Assembly (NCBI GenBank): GCA_002269645.1
Contig: NIVC01005028.1
Location: forward strand, 1 to 28,325
Direction of reading: 5' to 3'
DNA: 28,325 nt
Source: Macrostomum lignano
Taxonomy: Eukaryota
Shown here: positions 1 to 10,426 of the stretch, one piece after another
Layout of the letters: each line of letters opens with the position of its first letter
Position numbering within the stretch: the first letter of the stretch is position 1
Program-made: the position numbers and the translations under genes
The notes under the pieces: model-generated
Databases searched by the model: none
The model's input: the letters and a program-made list of their open reading frames with translations, nothing else
Told to the model about the DNA's origin: nothing

Positions 1-230
1 ACATATGAGTCGAGGTCGCCGGAGGCTAACCCGAGATCAAGCACATTCCGGGACACAACGCCTTGTCGGTGGGCTATTCTAGTGAACTGGCCTGGTTGAT
101 TGAGAACGGTGGGCGCGGTGGGATGGATCGCCGCAGAGCCAATCATGGAGCTGCTTTCCGGCTCTGTTGTTGCGACTTTTGCCCCCAAAAAGCTGTGTCT
201 AGCATTAAGGTCTCCCATGATTAGCCACCA
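1..230 (-). pseudogene. AP-like (APE/EEP) endonuclease fragment of a non-LTR retrotransposon ORF2, frameshifted, continuing beyond the window start
   Basis: Manual translation across frameshifts: WLIMGDLNARHS (GDLNARH at 215..195), NNRAGKQLHDWL, TVLNQPGQFTRI, RNVLDLGLASGDL. These match the conserved GDFN-x-H, N-x-x-G-x-x-L, LN..TR and (I/L)DL motifs of LINE endonucleases. Confidence 0.8.
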
Positions 231-307
231 AAGAAATACTTGTCTTTTTTTTGGTTTGCGCTCGTTTTTATTCGTTTTTGTTTGTTTTTAGGTGCTTCCT
301 GTGCTCT

Positions 308-364
308 CGGTCCCGGATTTTTTTCAATAGTTCTTAGTCTCATTCTTATTATTTCTGCAAGGTG
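308..364 (-). other. 2A-like (StopGo) peptide motif HLAEIIRMRLRTIEKNPGP
   Basis: Within ORF 221..466(-); TIEKNPGP at 331..308 matches the (D)-[VI]-E-x-N-P-G-P consensus except Thr for Asp. It lies just upstream of the APE fragment, the position known for 2A-like motifs in APE-type LINEs. Confidence 0.55.
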
Positions 365-1515
365 TCTCTTCTTCTTCTTGATGTTGGTTCTGCTTGTTCT
401 CTTTCTCTTCTCATCCCCGTCTCGACTGTGGTTGTCCTGGTGTTGTGCGGCAGCTAGGTCGGCCATGGCTACCTGCCGTTGCTGAAAAGGGCCGGTTGCA
501 CAGTTCCGACTTGCGTCGTGGGCTGGGCTCCGTGCCGGATTCCCTCTGCGTCTTCTTTGCCAGGATGCGTGACCACATCCTGTCCGCTTGCCACCTCGGG
601 AAGGTGAGACACAATGGGCTTCACTCCATTCTTCTGGCTGAGCTTCATTGTCTTCGTCTTCTACCTCTTCATTCTCTGCTTCTCTAATTTGGCATCTCCA
701 ATTAATTCCTTCTTCATCGGATGATTATTCAGATTCAACAGAGTTTAGTTCTAGGGATTTCCGCCGGGGTTGACCTTCCTTAATTACAGGTTGTCTCTTA
801 GGTTTAGTTAAGGCGAGAATTGGAGCGGGAGTGGGAATGGGAACGGGAGCGGAATTAGGGGCGGAATCAGGGGCGGGGACTGAATACGGGCATCTTGCTG
901 GCCTTCCTTAGTGATTTATTCTGCGGCTGAGTTAGGGACTGGGGTTGAGTTGTCTCGATGTACGAGCATTTCTTTTCCTACTAATTCTCCTTCTTTCTGA
1001 ACTTTGAAGACTACTTCTGATAGTTGGGCTAAAACTCTAAAGGCGGATCTCTTCTTTTGGTGAAACTTGTGGGATTCTTCGCTATCTAACTAAGGGTTAT
1101 TAATTAGGACAAGGCAGCCTATGGGGACTTGGGGGGAAGTTTATTAGTTTCTGCGGCGGTCTGCCTTTTCTCAACCACTTTTTCCAACTTCTTTACTATC
1201 TTATGAGCTTCTAATCTTTCGGCATGCTTAGTAATGTAGGCGGGATAATCAGCATGTTCAGCTGCACTTCTAATCTGAGTGTCTAGAGGTAAGGTGGCTT
1301 CTCCGCCAAATAATAAGAATGAGGGGAAAAACCTGTTGTTACATTGGGGCTGGTGCGAACTGCTACTAGGGCTGCGGATATTAATAAATCCAAATCACCA
1401 TGATCCTTATTGATCAGGCAGTGATGATTGATTTCACTTGTTTGTTAAATCGCTCTACTAGTCCGTTAGATTGGGCATGATAAGGGGTGGTGAAGGTGTG
1501 GCGAATATTATATAG

Positions 1516-1660
1516 TGTAGCGGACACGTACTTCTGACAGAGCCAGCCACTGCTGCTCAAACTGTCTATGGCCCAAATAAACTCGAGCCGTAAAAGGCCC
1601 AGCCGCAGCACTTTATTAAAAGACAAGCGGTCTTCATCTCGCCGCACGCAAGCCGCTTCA
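1516..1660 (+). repeat. 5' LTR of the TRIM
   Basis: TG...CA termini with imperfect terminal inverted repeat (TGTAGCGG / CCGCTTCA); differs from the 3' LTR by one 2-bp indel and one C/T substitution by my reading. Confidence 0.92.
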
Positions 1661-1661
1661 G

Positions 1662-1674
1662 TGGTGAGCCCGAC
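1662..1674 (+). other. Primer-binding site, tRNA-Trp-like
   Basis: TGGTGAGCCCGAC, starting after a 1-nt gap from the LTR; 12/13 match to the complement of the common metazoan tRNA-Trp 3' end (TGGTGACCCCGAC). Confidence 0.7.
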
Positions 1675-2446
1675 TATACTCAGCCGTAGCTGAGTATTTC
1701 AAGCTTTTCGCCCGCTGCCTCGTCACAGTTTCGGCCACCAGGTCTTCCGAGTCCAGCCAAAGCCATCGGCCACCTCGATCCCTAAATCCGGCTCAGCGCT
1801 TCTGACTGGAGCCGCATCAAAGTGACCATGACCGATTCCTGGTCACTGCGGTTATGCAGTAGGTGAGCAGTGCACTCCGGGTAAGGGGCTCTCGCCTGCC
1901 AAAGTTTGCTTGCAATGCCCCACCCGACGCTGTGACGTCGATGCGGCTCACCTCGGCAACGCCTTGTCCCAGCAGCACAGGCGGACACGTCGGACGAAGC
2001 ATCGGTGCACTTTTCTGCGCTGCAGGCCCCACCACGCTACCGACGGATCACCACAATGGCATACGTACCAGCAGCATCATCATCAGCTCAACCATCCACT
2101 GCTGCCGCTGCCCTCGGCCTCGAGGATGCTGGTGTCTATGACCTCAACTGGCCCACAACGCCACCGGCTCGCAGCTCGATCTATCAGAAGCAAAGTGCTC
2201 ACACTTTTGGACAGTCCCTGAACACCCGCCATCGAGCCAGCCTCTGCACGCTTTCGATTTCTGTGCTACTAACAGTTTCACATGACCAATTTAGACGCCC
2301 CAACCCGGTCATCCACTGCCGGTGACCCTTTTCTAACCCAGTCGTTTCCATTGCGTTAGGGGCAAAGTAATCGCAGCCGACCCAGCCGTTGCCACAGCAG
2401 CTGAGCTCCCGACGAGCACAATGCAAGAGCAACATCGTCTGGCTCT

Positions 2447-2454
2447 GGGGGGAG
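2447..2454 (+). other. Polypurine tract of the TRIM
   Basis: GGGGGGAG ending 3 nt before the 3' LTR. Confidence 0.7.
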
Positions 2455-2457
2455 TTG

Positions 2458-2604
2458 TGTAGCGGACACATGTACTTTTGACAGAGCCAGCCACTGCTGC
2501 TCAAACTGTCTATGGCCCAAATAAACTCGAGCCGTAAAAGGCCCAGCCGCAGCACTTTATTAAAAGACAAGCGGTCTTCATCTCGCCGCACGCAAGCCGC
2601 TTCA
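2458..2604 (+). repeat. 3' LTR of the TRIM
   Basis: Direct repeat of 1516-1660, preceded by the PPT and followed by the ATAG TSD. Confidence 0.92.
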
Positions 2605-3434
2605 ATAGTTCACAGAATGCCTTAAACTGTTTGCTGGCAAAGGTTTTTCCATTGTCTGAATGAATCCAGCAGGGCTATCCATACTCTGCTACTATTCGTT
2701 CGAGTAGTATTTTTAATGACTGTATCTGACTTTTGGTTTCTAATAGGGAAAGCGAAGGGGTATCTAGTTGTGCTGTCAACAACTGTTAAAATATATTTAT
2801 GACCTCGTTTGCTTTCTTACGATCTATGTGCAGGCGGCTGAAAGCTTCGCCAATGGGGAACGATTGAATAGTGCTTGCACAAAGTGGTCTTTCTTACTCT
2901 CTAGACAGGGGATGCATTCAGCAATCAACTGCTCAACTGAAGTGCTCAGTCCGGGTCGCCAAAATCTTTCTCTTATTCTCTGGAGCGTCTTAAGATGTCC
3001 TGCAAGGGGGCTGCAGTGTAAGTCAGTAAAGACTGTTTTGTCTAGGAATGGGGGCAAAACTACTTTGGTTTTTCCGCCTTCGGTAATTGTCAATTATTCG
3101 TTATCGATTTTCATGGCTTCGAAAAGTTTACTGATCTTTTCTGGCACGTCCGGTGATTTGGGGAATTGGCTCAATTTCTGATTCTTAGCTTCTAACTAGC
3201 AATCTCTAGCAAGTCAGGTTATACTGTCCGTTTTTCTACATTTAGCCACATCAATTCTTGGACAATTCCATACGACCATACAGAGAGGTGTGGATAGATA
3301 AATTCAAACGGGTCGGCACTAAACACAAGGAATGTCGGCATTATAATAAGCAGTCATTGATTTATCTATATTTGCCAGGTAACTTAGATATTTGCTTGCT
3401 TCACAAGAACGAAAATAATTAAATCATTAGCGAA

Positions 3435-3740
3435 TCACTCCGAACTAGTCAATAAAATAACAATCCAAGAATCATTATAGGCGAGCATGAAACACTTCCT
3501 GTCTGGCACTCCAGAAAAAAATTGCGCGGCCTTCGTCGTAGAAGCCGATTCGGAGGAGGGAGGACTCATACGGATATTTGTAGAGGCTGCCAGTAAAAAC
3601 TAGCTCTACTCCGGTCACTATGCCGCCGCAAACACGAGTTACACGCAAAATGTGGCCTTCAATGACGCAGCAATTGTTAGGTTTCTTATTTGAGTATTTC
3701 TGGCTTGGAAGGTCAGCATGGAGCAGGTCACGCAACAAGG
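3435..3740 (-). pseudogene. C-terminal fragment of a second, diverged CACTA/CMC transposase
   Basis: LRDLL..KPNNCCVIEGHILRVTRVCGGIVTGVELVFTGSLYKYPYESSLLRIGF aligns with the end of ORF 5225..5812. After a 1-nt indel in the A7 run (3515-3521) it continues DRKCFMLAYNDSWIVILLTSSE* versus KKCFLFPRNGNIWLVIPLTETE*. Confidence 0.8.
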
Positions 3741-3796
3741 GGAGAAAGAAGAGAAGGGGGGAAAGAGAAAGAGAGCTAAGAAGAGACAGAACTTGA

Positions 3797-3878
3797 GCGG
3801 GCCGAATTGCTATTTTGAAGTTTCAAAGGACCCGAGGACCAGATAGAGAAGCCCGCGTTCAAAGTTTGCCAACCCCTG
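3797..3878. mobile_element. hAT-like (Charlie/MER58-type) terminal sequence
   Basis: Ends AAAGTTTGCCAACCCCTG (reverse complement CAGGGGTTGGCAAACTTT) with internal GCGGGCC, typical of hAT MITE ends; no partner end or TSD identified. Confidence 0.55.
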
Positions 3879-5224
3879 CACGATAAAAATGATTAAAGCG
3901 GTGATTGAGAATTTTTTGTCCAGAAGTCTATTTTTTTCAGTCAGTCAGTGAAAACCAGTTCATAGACGCATGGACCTGTACGACCGCAAACAATGTGGTA
4001 AGAATTCAAGCGGGCTGATGTTGGTGCCCAGCTGCAGTTTCCACTGACTTGGAATTCAAGAGGATGGAAGGACCGATTGACAATAAAACTGTCATGGGAA
4101 CGCAGAGACGCATCGGGCGCTTATGATGCAGTGAATTTATTTATCTTGAAAAATGCGAAAGGCATTTTTAGATGAATGCCTTAGATGAACCCTTCTGCCT
4201 TTCCACAAGTTTTTTTACAGACAAGCTTTAAAATAAGTCAAAAAATCTGTAGAAAAAATTTCTAGAAAAAAATACGTAAAAGACAGTTTTAGAAGCTGCA
4301 ATTAATTACCATATTTTTATTTGTAATTGTCACTGTGCCCTGTAGGAACCGAAAAGCAGACGAGTGTCGAGTGGGAGTGGCTTAGGAAAGGACATTCTTC
4401 ACCCACTATCGAACGCAGAGGAGGGGTTGACTGGGGTGCCATTTTTATAACTGGGAAAGAGGCACAAAATTTTTACTCTCCATGTGCAGTCTAGTCTTAC
4501 TTCGTGGTCTGTGGTGGGCACTCAGCATCAATGGGACTTGTCAGGAGAATTCCCTGGACTGAGTGCCTGCAGTGCCAGGTGGCCGGGGATCTAATTAGGT
4601 TATTATCCTGTTTGCTATTTTGCATTGCTTCCGCTTGAAAGGGCATTTTTACCAGTTGCTCTAAATTCACATACCTTCTGGGTTTGGAACAGATTGAAAA
4701 TGAACAGAACGGAGCCTAGGCCTATGACAAACCCCAATCCCAATAAAGCGGAGTCAAACTTTAGACAAAAAAACAAAATACTCGCATATCGTTGCTGTGT
4801 TTACGAGCGCACAGTAGAAACCGGGAGCCTATATTTATTCCTTGTTTTCTAGTCACTTCGTGGGCTGTCAAGAAATTCTAAGCACCTGGACTGGAAGCCA
4901 AAAGTTTTGCTTTCTTTTTTGGGGCATCTGGTTTTCCCTATTTGGCACCACAGATAGGCACACGGGAACAGAGCGCGTTACAAAAAATAATATAGAACAT
5001 AAAGCGATGATAGAACTGGCATAGCAGATAACATACGCAATGAAATAGATTTGTGATATAGATCAATAAAACTATATGCAGCATATTACATATGACCCGA
5101 TCAAAAAGCGCATGACAAGAGGAAATGGCATGGTAAGAAACACTTTCATTGTTTCATTGAAACACCAGAGTTTGACAAGCGAGTTAAGAAGACTAATGGT
5201 AAGAGACAGAGAGGGATTACACGC

Positions 5225-7457
5225 TCACTCCGTTTCGGTTAATGGGATAACAAGCCAGATGTTTCCATTACGAGGAAAAAGGAAACACTTTTTTACGGAA
5301 AACCAGAAATTACAGAGCGAATTTCTTGATAAAAAACCAATACCGAGTAGGGATGAAGTGTAAGGAGTGTTGTTCAATTCTTTGTTAAAAATTAAAACGA
5401 CACCTGAAACGATAGAGCCAGAGATGCATGTAATGCGTACAACTTTACTGTCAATTATACAGCAATTGTTAGGAGTCCTTACCGAATATTCAACAGAAAT
5501 AATAGGATTACTAGTGAGCAAATCGCGAAGAGAAAGCATTTGATTAAGCAAATGAGACGACACAAACCTTGTATTGCGTAAGCGCCTTTTCAGATGCGAC
5601 AAGTAGTTTTCAAATGGAAAGGCGGAGAATCCAAATACATTGCCACGTAGCCTAGCAGCATCAGCCAGGTGAAGCAACACATGAGTATTAAAGGTCATTA
5701 TGGTGTCGCCATACAATTCGGCGGCGTCGAACACAAAAAGGCGCATAGCAGCCTCAGCGAGGGACAGAAGGTGAGTCAGGGGCGAGATCAGAGCAGAATA
5801 TATAGCAGGCAAAGTGGAATAGCAGAAAATGCTTGTACAAAATTTCTAGTAGGAATTTCATAAAGAAGTACGGGCCCACATAGAGAACAAACGTGCGAAA
5901 CTCAGTGGCCTTGAAATGTCCCAATTCTCTGTCAATTCTTCGCGGGCGTCGCTGAAAGTTCGACGGCATGTAAGACGCATGTGACTCAATCTTATCAGAT
6001 AGAGTGGCGATTGCATCGGGACAGAGTTTACAGCGCCGCCCGTTGTCTTCTGCGAACAGGAAATGAAATAACCGACGAGCTATACCCAAGAAGAGAAGGT
6101 GCATTGTTTCCGGAGGGAAGGCGTCCAACATCGTCAAGTTTGGCAGTGAGAGCAGAGGGCTTGGCACTGCCTTCTGGTTGGACTCTCTGTGGAAAGGTAG
6201 GTGGGAGAATTAGAGTGATAGGTAGAGTGAGGAGTTAGGTAGAGGGAAGGGTAGAGGGAAGGATAGAATTAAAGGTAGAGTGATAGGCAGAATAATAAGT
6301 AGAGTGAGGAGTTAGGGGCAGGGGTAGAGGTTGAGTGAGGGGTGAGTGAGGAGTTAGAGGTAGAGTGAGAGAGACTGAGGGGTTAGAATTCGATGTTGAT
6401 TGAGGCAGAGTAGAGGTGGGTAGAGTAGATACTGACTTCTTACCTGTTTTCCCGGTAGACCTCGGCACTCCGACTTTCTCCGGTCACAGTGGGGTACACA
6501 ATCCGACGGTCCACCGTTTTCGCAACGGCCCTGCAGTACGGACACCCATGGAAAGCGTTGTGAGACATGGTAGACATGATGTACGATCGAGCCGGCGAGT
6601 CACAGACGAAAGTAACTCGTCTGATGCGGATTGGAACGGATTCTACGGTGATGAAATCAGTCATGAAGGCATCCAACTCCTTGGCGAATTCCGCTAAATA
6701 GTATATCGGCATTCCGTCGATGCCAAAATGAACGTCGATCTCGTAACCAGTCCTCCCATCTGCGGTAGTTATCGACGTCGGCTTTGTAAACTTCAGCTTG
6801 CCCGTCTGCAGCAGAAAGGCAAGGTTACTCTGGATGCCAAGGTAGGCGAAGTTGCCCATTCCCATGCTGTACTTCATGATTTTGCCTACTCTGCTCTCTG
6901 ATCCACCGACTGTCGCATGCGTCAGTCGGTGCAGGGTTTTGACGACGGGCATCCCACGGCTGTACAGCGCATTGAGCAAAAATTGCATGGCTCGATGTGA
7001 TATGTTGAATCGGACGAAAAACATCAGAAGCTCCTCGTTCAGACTCTCCATACTGGGCCTCAGATTCGCCTGATCGTCGTCATCTTCACTCTCTGGGTAG
7101 TCCATGTCGTCCTCGACTCCATTTTCTTCAAAGTGAACATGGTCGCACATTGCGCCCTGTAAAGAAGCAGGGTGAGAAGTAGAGCGAGGTTGAGTGAGAG
7201 GCAAAGTGAGAAGTTATCAAACATGCACATGCAGACTGAGATGTTACGCTTACCTGCCGGAGCTCGGAGTCGGAGGAAGGGTCCAGTGTGGGTGTATCCA
7301 CACTCTCATCCGGTACGGATGGAGCCTCAAATGGAGCAGAAACTGTCACATGTGGAGCTTGAACAGTCTGTTAAGCGCTCAAATTTTCAGTAAGCCAATT
7401 TTTGAATAGACGGGACATATTACTGTCTCCTTCAGTGCGCCTTCTCTTAGGTGGCAT
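5225..7457 (-). pseudogene. CACTA/CMC (EnSpm/Mirage-type) DDE transposase; 3 coding exons (7457-7254, 7156-6444, 6186-5225)
   Basis: Motifs FGIDGMP, FVCDSPARSY..HNAFHGCPYC, SPLLSLP..FPPETMHLLFLG, FKATEFRTF, LYG..FNTHVLLHL..FSAFPFENYLSHLKR. GT-AG introns 7253-7157 and 6443-6187 join the ORFs in frame. Start MPPKRRR. Lesions: TAA at 7371-7373, +1 C in the run at 5779-5782, in-frame deletion near 6700. Confidence 0.9.
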
Positions 7458-7827
7458 TTTTCAAGACTATTGAATACGGTACAGAGTACAATAGAAAATA
7501 AAAAATGCATACTAGAGTAGAGTTATCTGGTAGGTATTGAACATGGGATATACAAATTGATTCGTCCGTAAAGGGTCGGAGTAAGGTAGGAGGCGGGATG
7601 GAGAAATTGATTGGGGCTGGGCGGGTGGAGTGGAGGGATGGGATGGGTCGGGAGGTCTTGAATGTGGAGGGTGGTGGGGTTGAGAGAGGGGCAACTGGGC
7701 AAGGCTGAACTTTTATGCAGTAAAATTATCCTGCAAACAGTAAAAAACTGCATTTCCCACTGTGACTGCAAAATTCTATATCTCCACAGTCGGCATTATA
7801 TTTCGAGCATTACATTACATTTGCAAC

Positions 7828-9898
7828 ATGTCGTCAAGGGCGGGCATTCGCTTTATTGTTTTCTTCATGGACGACGGCCAAATTCTGGAGAAGTCCGAGG
7901 AGGAACTGACACTCGGCCACTACCAAGGCTTCACGTCCGTTGACTGGCGAGCAATGGACGAGGCACTAATGTACGAGCCAACGCGAATGGAGGTGCGGGC
8001 AGAGTACGGTGATGAGTGGTATTCAGCCATCATACTGCAAGTGGTGCTGGACCCAGAGACAGACAGCGCGCCAACCATTCATCATCTCCGCAGAATGCGC
8101 TTCGAGAAGAAGAAGACGCTGGACTCTCTTCTCAAAGCGATTCGGCGAGTTAATTGCGGTCAGCGGAATCGAATCCCGCTGATCGATGTGAGTCTACCTT
8201 TCCTATTAGTGCATAGTATATGTGAGGGTGAGAGTGAGAGCAGACGAGACTGAGAGTGCGATGCGGTGAGGATAGAGGTGAGCAGCCCTGCTGTATGGGG
8301 TGGAACGCGCCAGAAGGATGAGGCGACGCTGAACGACAGTTTCATTAGGATATTTGCTACGGACATTATCTCAGAATTTGAATGTATCTTCTAAATGTAT
8401 TAATTCACAGAACATGCCAACGTCTGAGGAAAGCGAGAAGGATCAGGAAGGCGACTGCACCCTTACTTCTTCGACACCCCTCGACACACCAAGTGCGCTG
8501 CGACCGACACTGCCGTCACTGCCGATGTCGACACTTCGTTCCACACCCCTCAGCACACCAAGTGGGATGGGACCGACACTGTCGTCAATGCCAACACTGA
8601 TGCAGCGGCCGTTTCGGCAGCTTGTGTCAAATGAGTCCAGAGCAGTCTCTGAAGCTTCTGGAAGCGGTCACGGTGCTTATGAGCCTCCAAGTACCGTCCC
8701 CAAGAGCACAGAGCAGGACCGGCCTGAGGGCGGAGCAGCTTCGAGCGGCCTCGGGTTCCACCCCACAGCGTTGCGGGACATTCCAGCGCAGCTGATGGGC
8801 CTGGGACTTGATCCGGAGTCCATGTGCAGCGTCGCATACCTAGCCACTCTGGCTACTCGCAGAGCTTGCGAGACGCACGAGGCCATAAAACGCTGCAGAG
8901 GGAGTTATCCACCATCATTGAGGCTCTGTCCGTTCAAGTGGCTGTACTCAATCGACGAATGCAGGCACAGCCGCAACACGGGGCAGCCGTGGCAGATTCG
9001 ACTAGGCGCGACAACTTTCGCCCGATCAATTCCTGGCCGGATTACATTCGCTTCATCACTTCACGAGCGGAGCGAAGCAACTTGGTAAGAACACAGTAAA
9101 CATGGCTAATGCACCATATCGCAAATATCGAGAGTTCTGTGATATTATTTCCAAATGAATTTCCCACAAAACAGGCTCCAAGTCTACTCGGATGCCGGGC
9201 TGCTAGTACGCATGACACTGTCAAGCGCTTGCTAAACAAATGCCTGTCGCCGGAACTACAATGCCTCGTGAACTGGTCCGGTAGGAACATGGCCAGACGG
9301 CTTCTGGATGAGCACCCAGATTTCCAAGTGACGGACGCCTTCTTGGCTTTCAGAAATGCGCTGGACGTCTTCCTAGGTGAATTTTTTCCTGCTCAATATC
9401 ATGCCATGCATACCTTTGGGAGTGTTTCAAGGGGTTGTAATTGAGAGTGTGAAAGGGATGAATTCACGAAAAATCGGGGTCGCGTCACAAGCGCTAAATT
9501 TCACAAATTTCACAAGCGCAAAAAAATTCTAAATCTTCGGTGAACACAATTTTTATTGTAAAGTTTTCAACATGTGCATATCTTACTATCTTACTTATAG
9601 CAGTAGTCCCGATCACATCTGATAAGATTCTTAAGCACAAAACTGCAGAGCGTTCAGAACGTGCGAATAAATGCAGAGGGGTGAGAAAATAGTTGAAGGA
9701 AATTAAGCCTGCTATTCCAGTTATTCACTGTACATCCAAAAATCCAATCTCCCTTTTGATTCCTCAGAGGCCATCATCGCGTTGTACCTAGAGGAGGCCA
9801 GGCGGCCTTCCGAGTACGATGTAAAGAAGACGCTGAAAGACCTTCTGAAGCACGTCGCAGAGGCAGGCCGCAAGGCCCCGCCATACGCTCGAGCCTAG
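7828..9898 (+). CDS. Divergently transcribed accessory gene with a C-terminal DUF4806/BEN-like domain; exons 7828-8187, 8411-9084, 9175-9376, 9768-9898; one frameshift in the A4 run at 8887-8890
   Basis: All three introns are GT-AG with compatible phases (0, 0, 1). The C-terminus LLGCRAASTHDTVKRLLNKCLSPELQCLVNWSGRN...EAIIALYL..EYDVKKTLKDLLKHVAEAGRK resembles DUF4806. Ser/Thr/Pro-rich linker and a short heptad-like helix precede it. Confidence 0.7.
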
Positions 9899-10249
9899 GG
9901 AAGCTGGAGCGGCGGGACAGGAGGGCATTCAACAGCAAGCTGTTGCAGCGCAAGGCCATCGGCAGCTAGCGGCTGGCCGTCAGTAGCGAGAGGCGGGCTG
10001 TCGAGGTCCAGCGTCGAAGCGCCCTCGCATTAGCAGCAGTGACAGCTCCAGTGACTAATTTTATAAATTTATACACATTTATACTTTAAACAATCACAAA
10101 CTTTAACTTGCTAGTTCAATGCTAAACTTTAGCTTAACTCAATGCTAAAATAAACCATACATTTTTTCGGCAACTGCTTTGTCTTCTCATTTCTAAAATC
10201 GAATCTGCACGCATAGCTTGTGCTAATATTCTATCAACTTTTATTTTAG

Positions 10250-10426
10250 CTCTACTCCACTCTACTCTCCTCAGCTCTCCTCTCTACTTTATCCTCTCCT
10301 CTCCCCTTCTACTCTACTCTCCTCTCCTCACCTCACCTCACCTCTCTACTCTCTCCACACATCTCCTCTCTACTTCCCCCTCCTTATCTTTCCTCTTCCT
10401 TCTCTCCTCTCTCCCTACTCCCTACT
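10250..10426. repeat. CT-rich low-complexity tract
   Basis: Degenerate CTCTC/CTACT/CCTCA repeats. Confidence 0.9.

Larger units (their letters stand above)
1516..2604 (+). mobile_element. Miniature non-autonomous LTR retrotransposon (TRIM-like), 1089 bp, inserted antisense into the Gypsy integrase core
   Basis: Near-identical 145/147-bp direct repeats TGTAGCGG...CCGCTTCA; ATAG TSD at 1512-1515 and 2605-2608; PBS and PPT present. Removing the element and one TSD copy restores the integrase frame GKTFASKQFKAFCELYNIRHTFTTPYH. Confidence 0.92.
940..3230 (-). mobile_element. Ty3/Gypsy LTR retrotransposon pol remnant (tether plus integrase), degenerate and interrupted by a TRIM
   Basis: HHCC zinc finger (LHCSPLAGHL..TLQRIRERFWRPGL..CIPC); catalytic core RLHID, IHSDNGKTF and TTPYHAQSNGLVERFN; AVRTSPNVTTGFSP..LLFGGEATLPLD; GPF-type C-terminal motif (AFRVLAQLSEVVFKVQ..LVHRD). 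Several stops and frameshifts. Confidence 0.92.

Noticed and set aside
1414-2591. Two ORFs sharing the N-terminus MRRDEDRLSFNKVLRL as a duplicated gene
   Set aside because: They are antisense readings of the two TRIM LTRs; only the tail of 1414..1647 is genuine integrase.
3879-3890. CACGATAAAAAT as the left TIR of the CMC element
   Set aside because: It fits the CAC-start style, but no convincing reverse-complement partner or TSD was found to the right of the accessory gene, so element boundaries remain undefined.
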